Of a stretch of DNA of 64,000 nt, positions 56,618-64,000 are shown piece after piece. A program made the translations under genes and the position numbers. The notes below the pieces were generated by a model. That model saw only the letters and a list, made by a program, of their open reading frames with translations, was not told the DNA's origin and searched no databases. Each line of letters begins with the position of its first letter. Positions within the stretch are counted from its first letter, which is position 1. The stretch comes from an uncultured Actinomycetes bacterium (GTDB lineage: Bacteria > Actinomycetota > UBA4738 > HRBIN12), in NCBI GenBank assembly GCA_963704885.1, contig CAVPIB010000001.1, forward strand, positions 704,001 to 768,000. The letters run 5' to 3'.

Positions 56618-57025
56618 ATGACGCAGGATCCTGAGCATCTTCGCGCGTTCGCCGAGCGCTACACCGCGGCCTGGTGCAGCATGGATGCGGCCTCAGTGGC
56701 CGCTCACTAGGCGCCGGAGGGCTCCCTGGCGGTCAACGGTGGTGTGCCCGCCATGGGCCGCGACGCCATCACCGCGGTCGCGGCCAGTTTCTTCGAAGCG
56801 CTCCCGGACATGAAGGTCCACTTCGATGACCTCGTCGTGGAAGAGGATCGGGTCGAGTTCCACTGGACATCCACCGGCACGAACACCGGACCAGGTGGCA
56901 CGGGAAACGCTGTGCGGGTGAAGGGCTTCGAGTCGTGGACGATCGACGATGACGGGCTCATCGCTGCGTCGCGGGGGAGTTACGACGCCGAGGAGTACGC
57001 TCGCCAGCTCGCGGAGGGCGTGTAG
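56618..57025 (+). pseudogene. SnoaL/NTF2-like (ester cyclase) gene interrupted by an in-frame TAG
   Basis: AAGGAGG, then ATG 56618; MTQDPEHLRAFAERYTAAWCSMDAASVAAH*APEGSLAVNGG...FHWTSTGTNTGPGGTG...; TAG at 56708-56710. Confidence 0.8.
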
Positions 57026-57128
57026 GGGGAACGACCCGCTGTGGGAAGGGATGCCGACCGACCGAAACCGATCCTGACTCGACCGTTCGCGAGGAGCCGG
57101 CCGACTGAGAGCGGCTAGCCTTGATGCC

Positions 57129-58562
57129 ATGACGCCCGAGCAAGATCCGGACGGGCCGGCCGGAACCGCGAGGAGCCACGACGATGCGGCCTTCCGCCGG
57201 TTGAGCTTCTGGCATGCGACGGTGCCGGGAACCCTCGCGCCGCGGCAGGCGCTGCGAGGCGAGATCCGGGCAGACGTCGCTATCGTCGGCGCCGGCTACA
57301 CGGGCCTGTGGGCGGCCCACTCGCTCTCGTCGGCCGATGCCGGGCTCCGTATCGCGGTGGTCGAACGGCAGATCGCCGGGTTCGGCGCCTCCGGAAGGAA
57401 CGGCGGATGGGTCTCCGCGATGTTCCCCGCGACGAAGGCGCGCGTCGCCGCCGAGCACGGCCGCGACGCCGCGATCGCGATGCAGCGCGCGATGTTCGAC
57501 ACCGTGGACGAGATCGGCCGTGTATGTGAGGTCGAGGGCATCGACGCGCACTACCGCAGGGGCGGCTCGCTGGGGTTCGCGGTGAACCGCCCGCAGGCCG
57601 ACCGTCTCATGAGGATCGTCGATGAGGAACGCGCATTCGGTTTCGGCGAGGAGGACTCGGCGTGGCTCGGAGCCGCAGAGGCGCGGAGCCGCATCGACGT
57701 GCCTGGCACCGTCGGCGCGATCTGGACGCCGCACTGCGCCAGCATCCATCCGGCGCGTCTGGCGCGCGGGCTCGCCGACGCGGTGGAACGCCGCGGCGTG
57801 AAGGTCTTCGAGCGGACGCCCGCGCTCGCGATCGAACGCGGGCGCGTCGACACGGCCGGAGGGTGCGTGCGGGCTGACGTGATCGTGTTCGCGACCGAGG
57901 GCTACGGGACGGATCTCCCCGGACGTCGACGGATGATGGCCCCCGTCTACACGTACATGGTCGCGACCGAGCCGCTGCCCCCGGCGTTCTGGGACGAGGT
58001 CGGCTGGTCGGGACGGGAGTGCGTGTGGGATGGACCGCGCCTGTACCTGTACGCGCAGCGGACGGCTGATGACAGGATCGCGATCGGTGCCGGGCGCGTG
58101 CGGTACCCGTTCGGCTCCCGGTCGCGCCCCGCGATGGACCGCCCTCCGGCGATCTTCGGCGCCATCCGCCGCATCATCACCGAGCGATGGCCCGCGGCGG
58201 CCGGCGCAGGCATCTCCCATGGGTGGGGCGGCGCCGTCGGCGTGTCGCGGGATCTGTTCCCGTCGGTCGGCCTCGACCGCGCGAGCGGCATCGCGTGGGC
58301 GGGTGGCTACGTCGGCGACGGGGTCGCCGCGTCGAACCTCGCCGGCCGCACGCTCGCCGACCTCATCCTGGAGCGGGACACCGAGCTCATGCGGCTGCCT
58401 TGGGTCGGGCGGCGCTCGCGAGAGTGGGAGCCAGAGCCGCTCCGCTGGCTAGGCATCGAGGGCGGCTTCCGGCTGTCACAGTTGGCCGACGCCCTCGAGC
58501 GGCGGACGAACCGTGCCCCGAGGCTCCTTGATGCCGCGATCGAACGCGTGACGCGCTCGTAG
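57129..58562 (+). CDS. FAD-dependent oxidoreductase (DAO/PuuB-like)
   Basis: DVAIVGAGYTGLW, GFGASGRNGG, HPARLARGL, GGYVGDGV, WEPEPLRW. Confidence 0.88.
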   Translation: MTPEQDPDGPAGTARSHDDAAFRRLSFWHATVPGTLAPRQALRGEIRADVAIVGAGYTGLWAAHSLSSADAGLRIAVVERQIAGFGASGRNGGWVSAMFPATKARVAAEHGRDAAIAMQRAMFDTVDEIGRVCEVEGIDAHYRRGGSLGFAVNRPQADRLMRIVDEERAFGFGEEDSAWLGAAEARSRIDVPGTVGAIWTPHCASIHPARLARGLADAVERRGVKVFERTPALAIERGRVDTAGGCVRADVIVFATEGYGTDLPGRRRMMAPVYTYMVATEPLPPAFWDEVGWSGRECVWDGPRLYLYAQRTADDRIAIGAGRVRYPFGSRSRPAMDRPPAIFGAIRRIITERWPAAAGAGISHGWGGAVGVSRDLFPSVGLDRASGIAWAGGYVGDGVAASNLAGRTLADLILERDTELMRLPWVGRRSREWEPEPLRWLGIEGGFRLSQLADALERRTNRAPRLLDAAIERVTRS

Positions 58563-58672
58563 CCAGTGTGACGAGGGGTTCGCTCGTCGAGCACTCTGAG
58601 CGGCCCCGAGTTCCATGGTGCCGAAGCCCCTCGGACGTTCCTCTCTAGCTGGCTAAGGTGTAGCGTTCCCTG

Positions 58673-59125
58673 ATGCTCCTGTGTCCTCCTGTGATTCGGA
58701 GGACGCCGACGACCCCAAGTTCTGCAGCGAATGCGGTGCCGCCCTCGCGCAGCAGGTACGGCGGCGCAAGGAGCGCGAGTTCGCGACCGCGCTCTTCGCT
58801 GACCTCGTCGGCTCTACGGTGCTGGCCGAGCGAGAGGATCCCGAGGTCGTCCAGTCGGTCGTGGGACGTACCTTCGATCGTCTGTCTGAGAAGATCGAAC
58901 GCCACGAAGGTCTCCCCGAGAAGTTGTTGGGCGATGCGGTGCTTGCTGTGTTCGGTGTGCCGCGTGCGCAGGAAGAAGACGCCGAACGCTCCACGCCGCC
59001 CTCGAGATGCTGGCCGTCCTATCGGAGCTGAACGGCGGCTTCGCGGCCGAGGGGAAGCCGACCCGTGCGATGCGGATCGGGGTCGAGGTCGGCGAGGTGC
59101 TGGTCGACAAGGTCGATCGGGCCTG
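58673..59125 (+). pseudogene. Truncated, frameshifted copy of the 5' end of the cyclase gene at 48967
   Basis: MLLCP/C...KFCSECG...ERE.FATALFADLVGST...GRTFDR...GDAVLAVFGVPRA.EEDAER, frameshift, then AALEMLAVLSELNGGFAAEGKPT.AMRIGVE.GEVLVD. Confidence 0.88.
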
Positions 59126-59185
59126 CAACTGATGCGCAAGGCCACGGCCGGAGACTCGCCGGGATCAGCCGGTGAGGGAAACCAC

Positions 59186-59626
59186 TCAGCTCGTTGACGC
59201 TTCGACCGTGGCCTTGATGTTCGCTAGGTCGCTTCGAAGGCCCTTAGGTAGGTCCCGCGAGATCTTGAACATGGTGATCTTGGCCAGCAATGTCGGTTCG
59301 ATGAACTCCGCTCCCTTGGTGAGCAGGGTGTTTCCGGCGTCTTCGCGGAGAGAGAACCGATGATGGAGGCGCCCGAGCGCGCCCGCTGACATCCAGCCGA
59401 ACTCCTGCGGCGCCGTCATCTCAGTGATGGTGCTCTCTTCCCGCTGCGTGCCGAACTGCTTGGCCGTGGTCGAGAACTTCGTTCCGACGACGACGGGGCC
59501 GCTGTCGGCCCTCGATACCTGAAGGCCGTGTCCCCCCCACTCGCTATGACGGGCGAAGTCACTCACGTACGAGAACACCTTGTCCGCCGGTGCCTGGATG
59601 GTGGTGGCCTCTTCCCATCGCTTCAT
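59186..59626 (-). CDS. SRPBCC/START (polyketide cyclase-like) family protein
   Basis: TIQAPADKVFSYVSDFARHSEW...DLANIKATVE. Confidence 0.82.
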   Translation of the reverse strand: MKRWEEATTIQAPADKVFSYVSDFARHSEWGGHGLQVSRADSGPVVVGTKFSTTAKQFGTQREESTITEMTAPQEFGWMSAGALGRLHHRFSLREDAGNTLLTKGAEFIEPTLLAKITMFKISRDLPKGLRSDLANIKATVEASTS

Positions 59627-59739
59627 GAAGTCCCCCTTGCGCTTCGCGCACACTATGCCGGGGGTAGGGAGCGGTCAACGCAGGCCCTCGGGTGTTGCCA
59701 CCGCTTGACGACTCGCCAGGCTCGGGTGACAGTAGCTGG

Positions 59740-60804
59740 ATGACCATCCCAACCGAGCCCATCGGGAGCATCCCTAGGCCGCAGGAGCTTATCGAGGGCA
59801 TGCGCAGAGCCGCGGCCGGCGAGATCACGCTGCAGACGCTTGAGGCGCTTCAGGACGGTGCCGTCCGGGACACGATCCAGCGGTTCGAGGCGACCGGATC
59901 GCCGGTGATCACCGACGGCGAGCAATCGAAGCCGAGCTTCATCACGTATCCGACAGCGGGTCTTGAGAACTTGGCCCCTGACGGGGTCACCATCCCGTTC
60001 GTCGACGGGCATGCGAGACAGTTGCCGCGACTCACGTCCGGTCCCTTCAAGTACTCGACCTACGCCTCCTCGTACACGGAGGCCGCCAAGCGCTACGCGA
60101 CCGCGCCAGTCAAGCAAGCCGTGATCTCCGCGTCGGCCATCTCTCTCCTATACCCGCCTGACGGGATCGAGGGTTATCCGCAGGAGACGTTCCTAGAAGA
60201 CCTCGTCTCCGAAGCCGAGTCCGACATCCGCCGGTCGTTGGAGGCAGGCGCCGACAGCGTCCAGATCGACTTCACCGAGGGTCGGCTCGCCGTGAAGCTC
60301 GACCCGTCGAAGGGACTCCTAGGAGCCTTTACGGATCTGAACAACAGGGTCCTCGATCGCTTCCCCGACGACGAGCGGAAGAGGATCGGCGTCCACACCT
60401 GTCCGGGGGGCGACCAGGACTCTACCCATAGCGCCGACGTCGACTACGCGGAGCTCCTGCCGAGCCTGTTCGATCTGAACGCCGGCAACCTATACATCCA
60501 ACTGGCGAGCGAGCCGGACCGAACCCGGGTGCTCAAGATCATCGGCAAGCACGTGAAGCCCGGCCAGAGGGTGTTCGTCGGCGTGATCGATCCTATCGAC
60601 CCGAGGGTGGAGACTCCCGAGGAGGTCCGCGACCGCGTGCTCGAAGCCGCCGAGTACATCCCCGCCGACCAGCTCGGCTCGTGTGACGACTGCGGTTTCT
60701 CTCCGTTCGGTGACGACGTATCCACAGCCCGAGACACCGCGTTCGAGAAGATCCGGGCTCGCATCGAGGGCACCGAGATGGCTGCCCAGAAGCTCGGACT
60801 CTGA
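59740..60804 (+). CDS. Single-domain cobalamin-independent methionine synthase II family protein
   Basis: TEPIGSIPRP, ITDGEQ, VQID, GVHTCPG, GVIDP...ETPEEV, DDCGF. Confidence 0.85.
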   Translation: MTIPTEPIGSIPRPQELIEGMRRAAAGEITLQTLEALQDGAVRDTIQRFEATGSPVITDGEQSKPSFITYPTAGLENLAPDGVTIPFVDGHARQLPRLTSGPFKYSTYASSYTEAAKRYATAPVKQAVISASAISLLYPPDGIEGYPQETFLEDLVSEAESDIRRSLEAGADSVQIDFTEGRLAVKLDPSKGLLGAFTDLNNRVLDRFPDDERKRIGVHTCPGGDQDSTHSADVDYAELLPSLFDLNAGNLYIQLASEPDRTRVLKIIGKHVKPGQRVFVGVIDPIDPRVETPEEVRDRVLEAAEYIPADQLGSCDDCGFSPFGDDVSTARDTAFEKIRARIEGTEMAAQKLGL

Positions 60805-60844
60805 ACGCAGCTAGAGCTCCACGGTCCAAGAAGGCAGCGGCGGA

Positions 60845-61177
60845 TCAGTATCGGCCGTACAGATCGCTGGCCGGATCGAAGAAGCCTCCGGCCGGGCGTG
60901 CGTGGGCGTGCCAGTGGTCGGGTATCCGACGCCGCTCGGGGTCGACGTAGTAGCCCTCTTCGCCGTATCGGGCGGCCGCGATGAGTTCGAGATGGGATAG
61001 GAGCCGGGCCTCCAGATCGGGGCTGGGCAGTCCGTGCGTCCGCCAAACGACCATAGGTGTTCGGCATACCACACAGTCGGCCACCCAGCAGTCGTCATCC
61101 TCGTGGTGCCAGTCGCTCACCCGCTCGGCGGCGCAGAGCAGGCAATCCTCAGGAGAGTTCGATCGTGTCACCGACAT
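60845..61177 (-). CDS. Small Cys/His-rich HIT-like protein (start uncertain)
   Basis: CLLC, CVVC, and RRIPDHWHAHAR (HxHxH). Confidence 0.6.
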   Translation of the reverse strand: MSVTRSNSPEDCLLCAAERVSDWHHEDDDCWVADCVVCRTPMVVWRTHGLPSPDLEARLLSHLELIAAARYGEEGYYVDPERRRIPDHWHAHARPAGGFFDPASDLYGRY

Positions 61178-61604
61178 CGATCCCATGTTCGTCGAAGAAG
61201 CCCTGCTCGACCTCGAGCGCACCGATGTACGGGGCGGGAGCGCCATATGTGGCACACGGATCCGCGGTGCATGGATCCATGTCGTGGATCGCCAGGATCG
61301 ACCCCTCGGCATCCCAGAACGCGATCGAGAGCGGGATCTGCGTGTCCTTCATCCAGAACCGATCCGTCGTCGCCCCTTCCTCTTGGGAGAACAAGAACAC
61401 CATGCCGGCGTCGACGTCCAGGGACGTTCGACCCATGAGCCCTCGTTGCCTCTCGACGGGCGAATCGGCCACCTCCACGCGGATCTCAACGGGCTCCCCC
61501 CGGCCGCGCAGCGTGGCGATGCTGATCTCGCTCGTACCGTTCGCCGGTGTTGCGCTGGAACAGCCGGCCAGGATGACGATGGTCGCGAACAATACCCGCC
61601 GCAT
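61149..61604 (-). CDS. DUF192 family lipoprotein
   Basis: Lipobox LAGC; VEVADS..ERQRGLMGR, GMVFLF, FWMKDTQIPLSIAF, ALEV..G. Confidence 0.88.
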   Translation of the reverse strand: MRRVLFATIVILAGCSSATPANGTSEISIATLRGRGEPVEIRVEVADSPVERQRGLMGRTSLDVDAGMVFLFSQEEGATTDRFWMKDTQIPLSIAFWDAEGSILAIHDMDPCTADPCATYGAPAPYIGALEVEQGFFDEHGIDVGDTIELS

Positions 61605-61662
61605 CGCCCTATCGTGCCAGGTCGGCGGGGTAACCCGTGGGCGTTGTTATCATCTCCCGACC

Positions 61663-61735
61663 GCCGGAGTAGCTCAGTCGGCAGAGTGCCTCCATGGTAA
61701 GGAGGAGGTCCGGGGTTCGATTCCCCGCTCCGGCT
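61663..61735 (+). tRNA. tRNA-Thr (GGT), CCA not encoded
   Basis: Acceptor GCCGGAG/CTCCGGC, TAGCTCAGTCGGCAGAG D-arm, CCTCC-ATGGTAA-GGAGG anticodon arm, GGTTCGATTCC. Confidence 0.93.
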
Positions 61736-61882
61736 CCGCCCAGACACTGAACCTTCTGCGCCGAAGCGCGCCCTCGGCGCAGGATGCGCCCGCACGACCG
61801 ATAGGGGTAGGCTTGCTTCGGTGGCCCGGCGCATGCCGCGTCGGACCGGACGAGGCCGGGGGACGTCATCCGTCGCATCTTC

Positions 61883-62260
61883 GTGTTCGCGCTCGCAGGG
61901 GTGCTCGTGATCCCTGCATGTACCACTGGGTCGCTGGTACCGGTCGCCCCTTCGTCGCCGCCAACGATCGCGACGCCGTCCCCGACGGGTGTGCCGACGC
62001 CCCAGCCCCAAAGCTCGCCCAGCCCGACCTCGACCCCGACAGAGAGTCCGGTTACCGATATCCCGCCCCTGGGGGAGGTCCCAGACACCTCTATGGGCGC
62101 GGTTCTCATCTTGCTGCTCGACCGACTGGTCGACGCCGAGACACGAGCCGCGCGAGCAGAGGCCGAGATCCAGGCGCTCCGTGAGCAGATCGTCCGCTTG
62201 CAGGCCCAGCTCGACGCCCTGCGGGACGAGGTACTTCGACTTGGAGGCGGAGGAGCTTGA
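61883..62260 (+). CDS. Hypothetical protein (possible lipoprotein, Pro/Thr-rich linker, coiled coil)
   Basis: VIPAC, a PTPQP/SPTSTPT stretch, heptad-like C-terminus; start uncertain. Confidence 0.45.
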   Translation: MFALAGVLVIPACTTGSLVPVAPSSPPTIATPSPTGVPTPQPQSSPSPTSTPTESPVTDIPPLGEVPDTSMGAVLILLLDRLVDAETRAARAEAEIQALREQIVRLQAQLDALRDEVLRLGGGGA

Positions 62261-63966
62261 GTCAACAGAGCCGACCCATCGATCACCTGCGCGACAGCGT
62301 GGAGATCCTCGTGCGGGAGCGCGACGCGGCTCAGGAGGCGTTCGACAGCGGCCGCGCCGATGTGGAACGCCTGTCCGTTGCGACCACGACGGCGAAGGAA
62401 CACTTGACCCAGGTCGAGCGAGCTCACGCGAGCCGGCTCGCTGAGTCGCACGTGCGCAAGGATCCCGAGGTGGAGGCGACACTGTCGGATGCAGGGGTAG
62501 CGCTCGACGAGGCGCGACGCTCGCTGTGGACCGCACAGGCCGATCGCGAGCAGGCTGTCCGGGCCCTCGAGATCCTGAGGTCGGAGCTGGCCGACGCGCG
62601 CGCACGCCTGGCTGAGGGAGCCACCAGGGCCAAGCAAGCCGCCGTGGCCGAGCTTCTCGAACGCGCCAAGGTGGCCTGGACACCGGTCAGAACGCTGGTG
62701 GACGAGGTCGAGGCCACTCGGCTCGTCGAGCACGGGCAGGACCCTCCCGAGGTCGCTCTGATCACGGCGGGAGCCCAACGGTTCGAGCGAGAGGTGCTCG
62801 AGGGCAAACAGGCTCGTTCGCAGCCATCCGCGGGCACCGTCGCGGGCAAGAGCGCTACGACCGCACGACAACCCGTTCAGGCCGGGCCGACCGTCGCCCC
62901 GTCGGGGGACCGTTCGTCCATGATGCTGCGCTCCGCTGTCACCGTCGCGGGCGCGGCATCACTGATCACGGGCGCCCTCCTCGAGTGGCTCCGGCCCTTC
63001 GATGCCTCAGGGCTCGACGTCCAGTTCAGAGCGATCTACGCGTCGCACCCGTTCGAGGGCACTCCCTCGGGGCAGATCTCAGCAGGCGCCGTGATGATCA
63101 TCCTCGCCGGCGTCGCGCTGGTGGGACTCCTGCCCCGGGCGCGGCTGCTCACGCCGCTCGCCGGAGGTCTCGCGGTGGTATCCATGGTCGCGTACATATG
63201 GACGGTTGGCCGAAGCGACGTCGTGAGCTTCCCGTCCGACGTCGGGCTGGGAGCGTGGCTCGCGCTCGGTGGGGGAGTGATCCTCGTCGCGGCGGGCTTC
63301 ATCCCTGTGCGGAGGAAACCCGCGTCGACGGTGACGGGGGTGCCCGCCGCGGAGGTGGCCACGGTCGAGACCGCGTCCGCCGATCCGAGCTTGGCAGCTG
63401 CTGAAACCGCCACCGCTACCGCCACCGCCACCGCCCCCGCTCCGGCGCCGGTCGGGTCCGCCTCTCCTGTTTCGCCTGTGGCAGAACCGCCGTCTCAGGA
63501 GGCAGGCAAACGGCCCACCGTCGCCTGGCTGGTTGCGGGCGTGGCGATCCTCTTGCTCGTCGCCGCGGTGGGGGTCAGGAACTCGCAACCCGTTGAGGCG
63601 GATCTCTGGTTCAGGACAGTGAGCGTCCGGCTGATCTGGGCCGTGCCCCTGTTGGTGGGGCTCGGCGCGGTGATCGGATCGGCGTTCGCGCATCCACGCG
63701 CCGTGCTCGCGAGCCTCCCAGCTGCGAGCGAGGCACACAGCCGCCAGCGAAACGTGGTTTCCGCGATCATCGCCTTCGCGTGCCTCGCGCTCCTCGTGGT
63801 GGCTATCCAGAACACCCAGCAGGTCGAGGTCGACGTCCTGTTCACGACCGTAGATGTCTCGCTCACGTGGGTGATCCTCGGTTCCCTCGCGGTCGGCATC
63901 CTCGTGGGAGCGGTCGCCGCGAGGCGTGGCGTTCGCGTTCTAGTCCCCGCGTCGTCTGCAAGATGA
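62257..63966 (+). CDS. Membrane protein with coiled coil, about 4 TM helices and two LapA/DUF1049-like repeats
   Basis: TTG start after GGAGG; Ala/Glu/Arg helical N-terminus; RNSQPVEADLWFRTVSV and QNTQQVEVDVLFTTVDVSL, each flanked by TM helices. Confidence 0.65.
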   Translation: MSQQSRPIDHLRDSVEILVRERDAAQEAFDSGRADVERLSVATTTAKEHLTQVERAHASRLAESHVRKDPEVEATLSDAGVALDEARRSLWTAQADREQAVRALEILRSELADARARLAEGATRAKQAAVAELLERAKVAWTPVRTLVDEVEATRLVEHGQDPPEVALITAGAQRFEREVLEGKQARSQPSAGTVAGKSATTARQPVQAGPTVAPSGDRSSMMLRSAVTVAGAASLITGALLEWLRPFDASGLDVQFRAIYASHPFEGTPSGQISAGAVMIILAGVALVGLLPRARLLTPLAGGLAVVSMVAYIWTVGRSDVVSFPSDVGLGAWLALGGGVILVAAGFIPVRRKPASTVTGVPAAEVATVETASADPSLAAAETATATATATAPAPAPVGSASPVSPVAEPPSQEAGKRPTVAWLVAGVAILLLVAAVGVRNSQPVEADLWFRTVSVRLIWAVPLLVGLGAVIGSAFAHPRAVLASLPAASEAHSRQRNVVSAIIAFACLALLVVAIQNTQQVEVDVLFTTVDVSLTWVILGSLAVGILVGAVAARRGVRVLVPASSAR

Positions 63967-64000
63967 GGCGTCCTCGAGACCCGCGCCCCTTATCGGTTCA

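Noticed and set aside
46788-61740. Prophage or ICE at yajQ or the tRNAs
   Set aside because: No integrase, transposase, phage or conjugation genes, and no tRNA 3'-end duplicate found by eye.
63408-63437. GCCACC tandem repeats
   Set aside because: They encode the Ala-Thr linker within the CDS.

Overview
GC-rich, actinobacterial-looking DNA (inferred from gene order, menJ, F420-type enzymes, leaderless starts and LexA/Rex-like boxes). Bases 1-40,000 form one respiratory supercluster: cytochrome c maturation system II (ccdA, resB, ccsB, resA-like), a caa3-type oxidase operon ending in a membrane-anchored double-cupredoxin gene, a ctaA-ctaB fusion, two polyprenyl synthases, a menJ-like reductase, a complete nuoA-N operon, a second nuo operon lacking nuoD/E/F/G, and htpX. 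Four Rex-like boxes mark three of its promoters. ctaD carries three indels, most likely sequencing errors. From 40 to 64 kb the window is accessory. It holds a PLP aminotransferase/decarboxylase pair, a CsoR copper module with a multi-domain P1B ATPase, and a GH15 enzyme. It also holds a zinc-ribbon/cyclase/STAND/TPR gene overlapping yajQ, with two degenerate partial copies nearby. tRNA-Tyr and tRNA-Thr are separated by about 8.6 kb of small genes and pseudogenes, including dinB with a variant SOS-like palindrome. I found no integrase, transposase, rRNA or CRISPR array. The best candidates for undescribed biology are the double-cupredoxin oxidase partner, the NuoD-less second complex I, and the repeatedly duplicated cyclase-yajQ locus. 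All calls rest on motif recognition by eye; no searches were run.
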